Notes: generated by a model not told the origin, from the letters alone. DNA of 64,000 nucleotides from Escherichia coli (GCF_024223415.1 NZ_CP100500.1), one strand, 5' to 3'. Numbered from the stretch's first letter, positions 13,921-23,262 are shown. A program made the numbers and translations.

Positions 13921-14538
13921 TCACACCTCCTTCGGGTTTGCCAGATAGCCAGTGGTATCCCCGGTCGGGCGGCTATTGGCATTGGGTTTGATCACAATAT
14001 TCGGTTTGGTAAAGTGAGCTCGCGGCAACGGCGCAACGGCCGCCAGATCGCCATGTTTTTTACGCAGCTCGTCGATAGGGCCGAAATCCAGCGCCCGCAG
14101 CGGACAAGATTCAACACAGATCGGCTTTTTACCCTCCGCAACACGGTCATAACAACCATCGCATTTGGTCATATGGCCTTTCGTTTCGTTATATTGCGGT
14201 GCGCCATACGGGCAAGCCATATGGCAGTAGCGGCAGCCAATGCACACATCTTCATCGACCACAACAAAACCATCTTCACGTTTATGCATCGCACCGCTCG
14301 GGCAGACTTTAGTACAAGCCGGATCTTCGCAGTGGTTGCACGAAATCGACAGATAGTAGGCAAACACGTTCTGGTGCCAGACACCGTCATCTTCCTGCCA
14401 GTCGCCACCAGCATATTCATAAATGCGGCGGAAGCTGACTTCTGGCGTCAAATCTTTGTAGTCTTTACAAGCCAGCTCGCAGGTTTTGCAACCGGTGCAA
14501 CGGCTGGAATCAATAAAAAATCCATACTGGGTTGTCAT
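13921..14538 (-). CDS. dmsB: DMSO reductase iron-sulfur subunit
   Basis: 205 aa with four ferredoxin-type Cys clusters (CTGCKTCELACK, CNHCEDPACTKVCP, CIGCRYCHMACP, CDGC...C). Confidence 0.95.
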   Translation of the reverse strand: MTTQYGFFIDSSRCTGCKTCELACKDYKDLTPEVSFRRIYEYAGGDWQEDDGVWHQNVFAYYLSISCNHCEDPACTKVCPSGAMHKREDGFVVVDEDVCIGCRYCHMACPYGAPQYNETKGHMTKCDGCYDRVAEGKKPICVESCPLRALDFGPIDELRKKHGDLAAVAPLPRAHFTKPNIVIKPNANSRPTGDTTGYLANPKEV

Positions 14539-14548
14539 CGGTTACTCC

Positions 14549-16993
14549 TTACACCTTTTCAACCTGAACAAGGTTTGTATGTGACGGATTCCCCTTAGCG
14601 AGAGGAGACGGACGTTGAGTGGTCAGTACGTTAATACAACCACCCTTATCGACACGTTTTGTATCCGGGTCATACCAGGCACCTTCACCCAGTGCGACCA
14701 CACCCGGCATCATTCGTGGCGTCACTTTCGCCTCAATATGAACCTCACCACGATCGTTAAAGATCCTGACTTTATCGCCGTTGTGGATACCGCGTTTTTG
14801 GGCATCAAGCGGGTTGATCCACATTTCCTGACGGCAAGCCGCTTTCAGCACATCAACGTTGCCGTAAGTTGAGTGAACGCGAGATTTATAGTGGAAACCC
14901 GTAAGCTGCAGCGGATACTGTTTGTTCAGCGGATCCTGATAACTTTCAAAGCCCGGCGTATAGATCGGCAGTGGATCGATCACATCGCCTTCTGGCAATT
15001 CCCAGGTAGCGGCAATGTCAGCCAGCGCCTGCGAATAAATCTCAATTTTACCCGATGGCGTGGTCAGTGGATTTGCCTGCGGATCTTCACGGAAGGCTTT
15101 ATAAGCAACGTGATGCCCTTGTGGGTCGCGCTTTTTAAAGATCCCCTGCTTGCGGAACTCTTCAAACGTTGGCAGTTCAGGAATCGCTTCCCGCGACTGG
15201 GCATACAGATGCCGCATCCACTCTTCCTGGGTACGGCCTTCAGTAAACTGTTGCTCAACGCCAAGACGTTTTGCCAGTTCGCTGGTCATTTCATAGATGG
15301 TCTTACATTCAAAGCGCGGTTTAATCACCTGATCGTTGAAAATCACGTAAGACATATTCCCGCAGGATGCATCCAGTGCAAAGTCCATCTGTTCGGAAGC
15401 GGTGCAGTCAGGCAGCAGGATGTCAGCATATTTCGCCGATGAGGTCATGTGGCAGTCGATAACCACAATCAGCTCGCACTTCTTATCATCCTGGAGGATT
15501 TCATGGGTACGGTTGATTTCAGAATGCTGGTTAATCAGGCAGTTACCGGCATAGTTCCAGATCATTTTGATCGGCACATCCAGCTTATCTTTCCCGCGCA
15601 CACCATCACGCAGCGCCGTCATTTCCGGGCCACGTTCAATGGCATCGGTCCACATAAACATCGAAATGCTGGTCTGGATCGGGTTTTCCAAGGTCGGCAT
15701 ACGGACAAACGGTAAGCTGTATGAACCTTCACGCGCGCCGCTGTTCCCTCCATTAATACCAACGTTACCGGTCAGAATCGCCAGCATCGAGATAGCACGG
15801 GTTGCGATTTCACCGTTAGCGTGACGCTGCGGGCCCCATCCCTGGCTGATAAACGCCGGTTTGGTACTGCCGATTTCACGAGCCAGTTTGATGATTTTGT
15901 CTGCCGGAACACCGGTGATTTGCGAGGCCCATTCCGGTGATTTAGCCACGCCATCTGGCCCTTCACCCAGAATATAAGCTTTATAGTGGCCATTTTTCGG
16001 CGCACTGGCTGGCAGGGTTTTCTCATCGTAGCCAACGCAATATTTATCGAGGAATGCCTGATCCACCAGGTTTTCAGTGATCATGACGTACGCCAGACCG
16101 TTAACCAGTGCGGCATCTGTTCCCGGACGAATAGGGATCCACTCATCTTCGCGCCCGGCACCGGTGTCGGTATAGCGCGGATCGATGATGATCATGCGGG
16201 CATTAGATTTCTGGCGTGCCTGTTCAAGATAGTAAGTCACCCCACCGCCACTCATTCGCGTTTCGCCAGGGTTATTACCAAACAGCACTACCAGCTTACT
16301 GTTTTCGATATCCGACGGGCTGTTGCCATCTGCCCAGCCGCCGTAGGTATAGTTCAGACCTTCCGCAATTTGCGCGGAAGAGTAGTCACCGTAATGGTTC
16401 AGATAACCGCCGCAGCAGTTCATCAGGCGCGCGACCAGGGTATTTCCCGGCGGCCAGGAGCGGGTCATGGTGCCACCCAGCGTACCGGTGCCATAGTTCA
16501 GATAGATGGATTCGTTGCCGTACTCTTTGATCAGGCGCTGCATATTGGTCGCGATGATGTCGTAGGCTTCTTCCCAGCTAATGCGCTCGAATTTGCCTTC
16601 ACCGCGCGCCCCGACTCGTTTCATCGGATATTTCAGGCGGTCCGGATTATAGACACGGCGACGCATGGAACGCCCACGCAGGCAGGCGCGAACCTGGTGC
16701 AGGCCGTCGTAATTGTCATCGCCGGTATTGTCCGTTTCGACATATTTGATTTCACCGTCCACGACGTGCATACGTAGCGGGCAGCGACTACCACAGTTAA
16801 CTGTACAGGCGCTCCAGATAACCTTTTCGTCTGATTTTGTTGGAATAGCGCTATCGACAGCGTGCGCAATCCGACTAAAAGGTAATGTTAATGCGCTGCT
16901 GGCCATTGCCAGGCCGCCGATCGCTGTCGTTTTTACCAAACCACGGCGACTCACCTCAGCAGCCAATACCGCATCAGGGATTTTCGTTTTCAT
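14549..16993 (-). CDS. dmsA: DMSO reductase catalytic molybdopterin subunit
   Basis: 814 aa with an N-terminal twin-arginine signal (SRRGLVKTTAIGGLAMASSALTLPFSRIAHA) and molybdopterin oxidoreductase motifs. Confidence 0.95.
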   Translation of the reverse strand: MKTKIPDAVLAAEVSRRGLVKTTAIGGLAMASSALTLPFSRIAHAVDSAIPTKSDEKVIWSACTVNCGSRCPLRMHVVDGEIKYVETDNTGDDNYDGLHQVRACLRGRSMRRRVYNPDRLKYPMKRVGARGEGKFERISWEEAYDIIATNMQRLIKEYGNESIYLNYGTGTLGGTMTRSWPPGNTLVARLMNCCGGYLNHYGDYSSAQIAEGLNYTYGGWADGNSPSDIENSKLVVLFGNNPGETRMSGGGVTYYLEQARQKSNARMIIIDPRYTDTGAGREDEWIPIRPGTDAALVNGLAYVMITENLVDQAFLDKYCVGYDEKTLPASAPKNGHYKAYILGEGPDGVAKSPEWASQITGVPADKIIKLAREIGSTKPAFISQGWGPQRHANGEIATRAISMLAILTGNVGINGGNSGAREGSYSLPFVRMPTLENPIQTSISMFMWTDAIERGPEMTALRDGVRGKDKLDVPIKMIWNYAGNCLINQHSEINRTHEILQDDKKCELIVVIDCHMTSSAKYADILLPDCTASEQMDFALDASCGNMSYVIFNDQVIKPRFECKTIYEMTSELAKRLGVEQQFTEGRTQEEWMRHLYAQSREAIPELPTFEEFRKQGIFKKRDPQGHHVAYKAFREDPQANPLTTPSGKIEIYSQALADIAATWELPEGDVIDPLPIYTPGFESYQDPLNKQYPLQLTGFHYKSRVHSTYGNVDVLKAACRQEMWINPLDAQKRGIHNGDKVRIFNDRGEVHIEAKVTPRMMPGVVALGEGAWYDPDTKRVDKGGCINVLTTQRPSPLAKGNPSHTNLVQVEKV

Positions 16994-17289
16994 AATGGCT
17001 CACTCAAGCTTGCTCACGATTGATTCCAGTAACAAACCGTATTGTGTAATTATTTCTATAGCAGATCGCTATATAGGCTTGTATACATCGAATAATTTGA
17101 AAATCAAAGAGATAGGTAGATTTTCACTCGAAAGTAGTATTACGTGTAAGTGAGGAGTAATTATTGTTCGGTATCAAAGGGAGACAAAAAAAGCGCCCGC
17201 AGGAGATTTAACGGTACTTACTCCTCTTGCTGATTTCCTTATTTTTCAATAAGTAAACAAAAACAAGGGGAGCAAATTATCACAAATAA

Positions 17290-18294
17290 TTACTGGTCGA
17301 TGGACAGTTTATGGACACTTTCAGCCAGCGGATTAAAGCTGATCGCATCCTGTAAAAAGTCCGGTGAAAAATGCGCATACGTCATCGTTTGCTGAATCGT
17401 GGCGTGACCCAGGATCCTCTGCAACGTGACGATGTTCCCGCCGTTCATCATGAAATGCGTGGCGAACGTGTGCCGCATGACATGCGTGGCCTGCCCTTTG
17501 GGTAAGTCGGGCTTCACCTCCTGAAGGATCTCCCTGAAACTGAGATAATCAACCTGATATAACAGGCCGGTCCGGCGGGTTTTAATTAACGGCACAACGG
17601 AATCAGCTACAGGAACCGAGCGCGATTTCCCGTTCTTTGTGTTAAAGAACGTCACCCTGTTACCCACGATGTGTTCCCCGCGAAGCGTTGACGCCTCTTT
17701 CCATCTGGCCCCGGTCGAAAGGCACAGAATGGCAATGCGTCGTGCATCACCCTCAAGCCGTTTCAGAAGGCGATCAATCTCGTCATCTGAAAGAAAGGCC
17801 ATTTCTGTATTCTGAACCTTGAGTTTACGTATTCCGCGCACAGGGTTTTCGTTATGATAAACCTCCGCGTCAATTAACAACGAAAACATCGCAGATAAGG
17901 CGCACAGGTCGCGATTGATACTGGACGGCATCAGTCCCGCCTGCAACTTATCCGAGCGATACTCAATCATGAATTTTCGTGTCATCTGGCTGGCGCGCGG
18001 GTCCCCCATTTCACGTATCACCTTCTCCAGTCTGGTTCTGTAGGTATCACCATATGCCTGATTACGACCATCAAGCATCCACCACACCTCAATCAGTTCT
18101 GATAACCGCCGTTGATCGGCGGGCCTTGCCTGCCACGGGTTATTGTGGAAATTCTGAAGAACGTATCTTTCGAATTCCTGCGCCTTTGATTTCAGGGTGA
18201 AAATCTTACGAATCCGCCTTCCTCCCGCCCCCTGAGGCCTTACATCAACCTGATAACGTCCGTCTTTGAGTTGCTTAATCGACATGATCAGCAC
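17290..18294 (-). CDS. int: P2-type tyrosine integrase
   Basis: 334 aa; N-terminus (SIKQLKDGRYQVDVRPQG...) and C-terminal catalytic region (ILCLSTGARW..., HVMRHTFATHFMMNGGNIVTLQRILGH...YAHF) resemble P2 Int. Confidence 0.9.
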   Translation of the reverse strand: MLIMSIKQLKDGRYQVDVRPQGAGGRRIRKIFTLKSKAQEFERYVLQNFHNNPWQARPADQRRLSELIEVWWMLDGRNQAYGDTYRTRLEKVIREMGDPRASQMTRKFMIEYRSDKLQAGLMPSSINRDLCALSAMFSLLIDAEVYHNENPVRGIRKLKVQNTEMAFLSDDEIDRLLKRLEGDARRIAILCLSTGARWKEASTLRGEHIVGNRVTFFNTKNGKSRSVPVADSVVPLIKTRRTGLLYQVDYLSFREILQEVKPDLPKGQATHVMRHTFATHFMMNGGNIVTLQRILGHATIQQTMTYAHFSPDFLQDAISFNPLAESVHKLSIDQ

Positions 18295-18354
18295 CTCCGA
18301 CGGATAAACCTGTTAACCCCTGCTTACTGAACGCCGCCCGTTCAATATACAGCG

Positions 18355-18696
18355 TCAGCCAGCATTGCGGCCTGATTGGGGTGATTTTTGGGTATTGCGG
18401 GTTGAAACCTGATCGTCCTCCGACTGCGTGGAGCCATCAAGAGAGAGAGCCGGGGCGATCTGACCGGCAACAGGTAGCGTCTTATCTTTGATTAACCAGA
18501 ACATATATTTTTCAAACCGATCCACTTGAAGGACGGCCTCAACAATCTTTGCTCTGGCGATCTTTTGCCCTGACTCATAATTCCTGACAGTTGCCAGAGA
18601 TAACCCTGTAATATCAGCAAATTGCTTTTGAGTTAGCCCTTCCGTCTTGCGTATCAAACGCAACTTTTTCGCATAGTCTATTGACAAGATACTCAT
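18355..18696 (-). CDS. P2 C-like immunity repressor
   Basis: 113 aa with the motifs YESG, KYMFWLI and GQIAPAL in the same order as I recall for P2 C; transcribed divergently from the Cox-like gene. Confidence 0.75.
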   Translation of the reverse strand: MSILSIDYAKKLRLIRKTEGLTQKQFADITGLSLATVRNYESGQKIARAKIVEAVLQVDRFEKYMFWLIKDKTLPVAGQIAPALSLDGSTQSEDDQVSTRNTQKSPQSGRNAG

Positions 18697-18719
18697 TTGG
18701 GGATTAATCTCCTACAAAA

Positions 18720-18737
18720 GATAACCGTACGGTTATC
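18720..18737. promoter_or_regulatory. perfect 18-bp palindrome (putative operator) in the repressor / cox-like divergent intergenic region
   Basis: gataaccgtacggttatc is a perfect inverted repeat, followed by the direct repeat tcatcaaaa x2. Confidence 0.5.
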
Positions 18738-18799
18738 TTTACAAGTCATCAAAAATCATCAAAAGGCGCAACAAGCGCACCAATGCAAGAGGATAACAA

Positions 18800-19321
18800 A
18801 TGCGGGAGATTATTGCCGACAAAGAGTTATCTGGCGCTCAACCGGTTCAGGATGATGGCGCGGACAATGAATTCATTGAAGCTGCCAACGACAACGAACA
18901 CCTGGAAACCAAAACCAGACCGTCCTACAAAAAGGGCGCAACCCTACGACTGGACGGCCCAGTCGCAGGACTTGTGTCACTGGAAAAAGGGGCTGCCTAT
19001 CTGGGGGTAACAAAATCTGCGCTACGCGCCGCCATTCAGCGCGGGCAGATGCCGGGTCACAAAACGCGCTCAAATCCCGAAGATGAAAAGTCAGACGGTA
19101 CATGGTGGTTTAACGCCAAAGCCTGGGACGAACTAGCCGACGAACTACTGGAGTGCGAACCGCCAGAGTGGCACAACTGGAAAAGCTACTGGACGTACGA
19201 CCGCAAGAAAAGAAAGTTTTCACCGGCAAACAAGGAGGACTGCCAGACCGTTAAAGGTAAGCAGGTTTACTCCCCCAGAGTTTCAAAACTGGAGCAACTC
19301 AAAAACAACCAGCCCGGCTAA
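18800..19321 (+). CDS. Cox-like excisionase/regulator with an N-terminal extension
   Basis: 173 aa; the central region (AYLGVTKSALRAAIQRGQMPG ... GTWWFNAKAWDE) parallels P2 Cox. First rightward gene after the repressor. Confidence 0.6.
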   Translation: MREIIADKELSGAQPVQDDGADNEFIEAANDNEHLETKTRPSYKKGATLRLDGPVAGLVSLEKGAAYLGVTKSALRAAIQRGQMPGHKTRSNPEDEKSDGTWWFNAKAWDELADELLECEPPEWHNWKSYWTYDRKKRKFSPANKEDCQTVKGKQVYSPRVSKLEQLKNNQPG

Positions 19322-19329
19322 ACACGAAA

Positions 19330-19536
19330 ATGACCAGCAATATCATCAGCGCCATTCTGACACTTGTTTTTATTGAGATAGGCGTAATAGCGATCTATTT
19401 GTTTCGTAAGTTAACGGGACATGAAGAACGCTTTATTGAACTCAGCATTGAATATATCGCCGCTTATACCAAAGGACTTTTCCCGGCAGCTATTGGGGCG
19501 ATGTTTATAGCGTTTGTTATCTGGTTTATCGGGTGA
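19330..19536 (+). CDS. small hydrophobic membrane protein (hypothetical)
   Basis: 68-aa ORF with two hydrophobic segments; weak ribosome-binding site. Confidence 0.4.
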   Translation: MTSNIISAILTLVFIEIGVIAIYLFRKLTGHEERFIELSIEYIAAYTKGLFPAAIGAMFIAFVIWFIG

Positions 19537-19787
19537 GAAACCTGATAAACCACAACTACTGCAATGAGGGTAATTATGTGTGGCATGGACAAATTGGACC
19601 TTATGTTAATTGTAATACTATCAATTAACTTCGGTTACCTCTTAAGCGGCGTAATTCTCATGTGCGGAGGCAAACGAAAATGAACCAGCAGTCCGCAAAA
19701 CGTGAACACAATGCGATGCGATTTAATCGCAAATATTTTGAGTTCGCCGCTATGCCGGAATAATTAAATCTGTACAGAGTCTTTAAC

Positions 19788-20126
19788 ATGAAACAGCAAC
19801 GTAATTCACGCTTTCGTAATGGTGCTGAACGTCACGCTAACCGTTTCGCTACCAGTGCATCACGTAGTAACTCCCGCTACAGCCTGAGCGAGACACACGC
19901 AACACCGGGCGGTCATGCTGTAAAACAGACTGGTCAACACACCTGGCTGATTGAGCAGGCCGGACTCGTGATCCACAGATGCCACCGCAATCCGTTTACC
20001 GGAAACCGCATTTTTGCACTGAGCAGCGGCGACAATCAGTTCGGACAGGATTTCACACTGCACGAAGCCTTGCGAACTGCCGACCGCTTAATCGAGGGGC
20101 GCAGCTTTCAGCATACCGACTACTAA
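19788..20126 (+). CDS. hypothetical early-region protein
   Basis: 112-aa ORF in the rightward early operon; no recognisable motif. Confidence 0.45.
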   Translation: MKQQRNSRFRNGAERHANRFATSASRSNSRYSLSETHATPGGHAVKQTGQHTWLIEQAGLVIHRCHRNPFTGNRIFALSSGDNQFGQDFTLHEALRTADRLIEGRSFQHTDY

Positions 20127-20164
20127 GGCAAAAGGAGTCTTAATAAGACAGAAGAGGCAGCAAG

Positions 20165-20407
20165 ATGAAAAGAGCCTATAAAGAACTCATTAACCACGCG
20201 CTTCAGAATTACCATTACGGACTTACAAGCCGTGGCACTAACGGTGACGCTGTTTCACTTGCAGCACTGACTACAGCAATCAAGGGCCTGACCTGTTGCG
20301 CCTTTGGTTCCGGAGATAATGAAGCTCTGACGGAATTACAGGCCATTAATAAAGACCTGTCTGAAGGAAACGTAATAACCCCCTTTGTAATTCAGGAGGA
20401 AGCATGA
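20165..20407 (+). CDS. hypothetical early-region protein
   Basis: 80-aa ORF with an upstream AGAGG; its stop overlaps the next small ORF (ATGA). Confidence 0.5.
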   Translation: MKRAYKELINHALQNYHYGLTSRGTNGDAVSLAALTTAIKGLTCCAFGSGDNEALTELQAINKDLSEGNVITPFVIQEEA

Positions 20408-20529
20408 GCGTATTTATGTCATGGTTAATTCTTATCCTTGCCATTATTTGCGCTGTGGGGATTATGCGGGTAATTAACAGCATTAACACCATTGAATCGT
20501 TATTTACTGGCGATAAGCGCCGTAAATAA
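20404..20529 (+). CDS. 41-aa hydrophobic peptide (hypothetical)
   Basis: Strong Shine-Dalgarno (aggagga) precedes an ATG overlapping the upstream stop; MSVFMSWLILILAIICAVGIMRVINSINTIESLFTGDKRRK is a single-helix membrane peptide. Confidence 0.45.
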   Translation: MSVFMSWLILILAIICAVGIMRVINSINTIESLFTGDKRRK

Positions 20530-20609
20530 ACAGGCGTTTAACACCAGAAACAACCAGAAACATCCGCTCACGCGGAGGGGTTGACCCGCTCAAAAAGGAG
20601 AAATCAGGA

Positions 20610-20903
20610 ATGCTTAATAATAAAAAAAACCGAATCATTGATAACAGTGAACAGGTCAACAAAATAATCGAAGGCACAAACAAATTAATTAAGAAAAAAA
20701 ACAAACTAAGCCGTGAATTAATGGAACATCCGGAAGAAATATTATTAGCCATGATGCACCAGACAGAAGCGATAGCCATCGCCCTTGCCGTGCAGGCGCT
20801 TTCTGAGTTCCGGGAAGAAAACATCAGGCTGGCTCAGGAGCTGAAAAACCTCAGACGTCAGCTTCAGAGCACTGAGGCTGGCACGTCATCACGAATGCAC
20901 TGA
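20610..20903 (+). CDS. hypothetical Lys-rich coiled-coil protein
   Basis: 97-aa ORF with a good RBS (aaaggag), AT-rich. Confidence 0.5.
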   Translation: MLNNKKNRIIDNSEQVNKIIEGTNKLIKKKNKLSRELMEHPEEILLAMMHQTEAIAIALAVQALSEFREENIRLAQELKNLRRQLQSTEAGTSSRMH

Positions 20904-20913
20904 GGGCCACACC

Positions 20914-21123
20914 ATGACTGCAATTCTGAGAAGACGCAATAAAACGCTTTTTACCGATACATCCGGGATGGAATACGAAGTGGAAAGCAGTGTCATAGCC
21001 ACCACCACCCGATGCCCGGCAGGTGACGAACTGATTTACGTCCACCTGACGGACGGGTCACAGATAACCGTCCTGACAGAGTCATGGCGCGAACTCGAGA
21101 TAATAAGCGAGGTAAGAACATGA
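20914..21123 (+). CDS. hypothetical protein
   Basis: 69-aa ORF translationally coupled to the next ORF (ATGA at 21120). Confidence 0.4.
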   Translation: MTAILRRRNKTLFTDTSGMEYEVESSVIATTTRCPAGDELIYVHLTDGSQITVLTESWRELEIISEVRT

Positions 21124-21332
21124 GCAGCAAACACGATACCAACGCACGCAGACCAGGCAAAGAGGCGCGTCACCATATCGCCGTAATGCGCAACCTGCTT
21201 ATGAGTGAAATCGACGATTTTGTGGCAGGCCTGGGGCAACCGGGCGAACCAGCAACACCAGGCCAGATACACAGGGAATTACGCCGCCGCGTGGAAAACG
21301 TCGTGGATTACGTCATAAACCCGAACGACTGA
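21120..21332 (+). CDS. hypothetical protein
   Basis: 70-aa ORF (MSSKHDTNARRPGKEARHHIAVMRNLL...), start overlapping the upstream stop. Confidence 0.45.
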   Translation: MSSKHDTNARRPGKEARHHIAVMRNLLMSEIDDFVAGLGQPGEPATPGQIHRELRRRVENVVDYVINPND

Positions 21333-21371
21333 CGGGAACATGGCGAGCGTCAGATGACACACGCAGGGCAC

Positions 21372-21854
21372 TTATCGGGACAAACCGATCGTAATCGCAG
21401 CCATCATCTTTTCAGCGAAAGAGAGAGATTCACGATGACTGATATTCAGAGACATACAGGCTTTGTTGTACGCCACATTTTCCATGCATTCCAGGACAGG
21501 AGAGTCATGCATCTCAAGCTCTGGAAGGCGTGCCAGCAGAGCTTCCGTACTGAGGAGGGCGCTTTTGGTAATCAACTCATTGTAGCGATGGGCATGCTCA
21601 CTCGCCGCCTGCGCACGTTGCCCGAAACGACATATGAAATTACAGGCTCCGAGAACCACCACCACTGCCCCCAGCACCCAGCCGAAATGCCAGCCGGCTA
21701 CGATGAACGCACCCGCCGCAAGGATCAAAATGTTGATGATCGCATCAAGGCGACGATTGAACACCGCCGCGATGCGCTCCAGCCAGTAGCTGTACCAGAG
21801 ACGGAACATGACCTCATCCCGTTCTCTCGATTTTTTACGTTGGTTGTTTTGCAT
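21372..21854 (-). CDS. two-transmembrane-helix protein, reverse-oriented inside the early region (hypothetical)
   Basis: 160 aa; charged N-terminus (MQNNQRKKSRERDE), two adjacent hydrophobic helices (AIINILILAAGAFIVAGWHFGWVLGAVVVVLGACNFI), then a ~90-aa soluble tail. Opposite strand to the flanking early genes. Confidence 0.55.
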   Translation of the reverse strand: MQNNQRKKSRERDEVMFRLWYSYWLERIAAVFNRRLDAIINILILAAGAFIVAGWHFGWVLGAVVVVLGACNFICRFGQRAQAASEHAHRYNELITKSALLSTEALLARLPELEMHDSPVLECMENVAYNKACMSLNISHRESLSFAEKMMAAITIGLSR

Positions 21855-22088
21855 GGTGTTTTATCCCTCATCGTCATCGCTCTGCCCCTAATCAGCGCAG
21901 AGTGCAGGGTAACCTGGCTCGTGGAATTTTTGCAGCCAGACATCTTTACCCCCGGGCGTGTTGAACAAAGTGTCCGCCAGATCCACTGAACGGCGGATTC
22001 ATCAATGCTAACACGCCCTTCTTTTCCGGTTGAAGGCGAAAAAACCGGACCATTACCCCGACACAAAACAGAACAACGGAGAACAACT

Positions 22089-22643
22089 ATGCCCGCACTT
22101 AAACCTATGGGTGTATCAGGTGTACCACCGAAGCATGTCAGAGCCTGGACACAACAGGAAGATGCTCTACTGGTCGGTTTATACCCCTCCCACACCGTAC
22201 CAGAACTGACAAAACACTTTCAGAGAACCGGGCCAGCAATACGAAGCCGCATCCGTCTTTTGCTCTCTCAGGGGGTTATCCACACCAAACAACCCCCCCT
22301 GAATACAAAAGAACTCAACACGCTCATCAGGAATCGCCACACAAAAACCATCCGGGAACTCGCGAATGAACTGGGGCGCTCGACATCCACGGTGGGACTG
22401 AACCTGAGAAAAAGAGGGTACCGGTTCAGGAAATACGGGGAACTCCACCACAGAGCCAGATACAGCGATCACCTGGTGGAGTTGGTAACTGAACTGCGCG
22501 ATGAACAGGGGATGACATTCAGCGAAATCAGAAAGTACATCCGGGACACGACCGGGATATCCCTTAAAAGATGGGTCCTCGCCCGGCTTTACGCACGATA
22601 TACCGCCGCTGACACCGTGCTTTGCGAACTGCTACCGGACTGA
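22089..22643 (+). CDS. hypothetical early protein with repeated helix-rich modules (possible DNA-binding)
   Basis: ORF 22005-22643; ATG at 22089 (MPALKPMGVSG...) follows ggagaacaact. Contains repeated ~45-aa segments. Confidence 0.45.
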   Translation: MPALKPMGVSGVPPKHVRAWTQQEDALLVGLYPSHTVPELTKHFQRTGPAIRSRIRLLLSQGVIHTKQPPLNTKELNTLIRNRHTKTIRELANELGRSTSTVGLNLRKRGYRFRKYGELHHRARYSDHLVELVTELRDEQGMTFSEIRKYIRDTTGISLKRWVLARLYARYTAADTVLCELLPD

Positions 22644-22760
22644 GTAACCACTATGCACACACAAAAAAACCGCTTGCCATGCCGCAATCAGTCAGGTTAC
22701 ATTTCCGCTGCACCTCATAAAACGGGTGCCGGGATTGCAACCCCCGCTGACAAACGAAGC

Positions 22761-22790
22761 GCACAACCGCGCCAGCGGTTTTTTTGTGCG
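22761..22790 (+). terminator. rho-independent terminator (possibly bidirectional)
   Basis: gcacaaccgc-gcca-gcggtt followed by tttttt, embedded in a wider palindrome cgcacaa...ttgtgcg. Confidence 0.6.
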
Positions 22791-22966
22791 TACCGTATCG
22801 CCACGTCTTTTTCGCACCAGAATTATGGTGGGGCGTACGGGGCCGACTTCGGTCGGGCCGGTTTCTTCGTTTGCCGGTGGTTGCAACCCTGTACGTCTCG
22901 CCACCCAGAATTGCAACCTCTGGATGGTGAGTATCCAAAAACTCACAAACGAAGAGGCCAAACACC

Positions 22967-23194
22967 ATGGCAAACCGCAAACAACAGCGCGCATACGCTG
23001 CGCGTCGTCACATCCAGACTGAAATCAACCGCAGACTTTCCCGCGCATTCCGCGTCGCGCATATCATGCACATCAATATGCTGCATGAGCGCAGCCACGC
23101 ACTGTCAAACATGTATTCCGCCGCTGTATTCAGCTACCTGGCGGATGACCTGCGCAAGCTGCAGGACCTCATTAACCAGCACTACCACCACTAA
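22967..23194 (+). CDS. hypothetical protein
   Basis: 75-aa basic ORF (MANRKQQRAYAARRHIQTEINRRLSRAF...). Confidence 0.45.
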   Translation: MANRKQQRAYAARRHIQTEINRRLSRAFRVAHIMHINMLHERSHALSNMYSAAVFSYLADDLRKLQDLINQHYHH

Positions 23195-23262
23195 TCAACA
23201 TCCCGGAGCCATCCCGCCCCCGTACGCGGGAGGCTTCCGCACGTCCGTTTCCGGAGGTTCTC

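Noticed and set aside
14615-16777. Several plus-strand ORFs (85-263 aa) inside dmsA
   Set aside because: They lie antisense to the well-supported dmsA coding sequence and have no RBS or recognisable domains.
16994-17188. Possible FNR box (ttgaaaatcaa) in the dmsA promoter region
   Set aside because: The half-site spacing does not fit TTGAT-N4-ATCAA cleanly, and I cannot verify the known dmsA FNR site position from memory.
21354-21989. 211-aa plus-strand ORF overlapping the minus-strand two-transmembrane gene
   Set aside because: The minus-strand frame gives a coherent membrane protein with a charged N-terminus; the plus-strand translation is His/Arg-rich with no features. Only one is likely real, and the minus-strand one was preferred.
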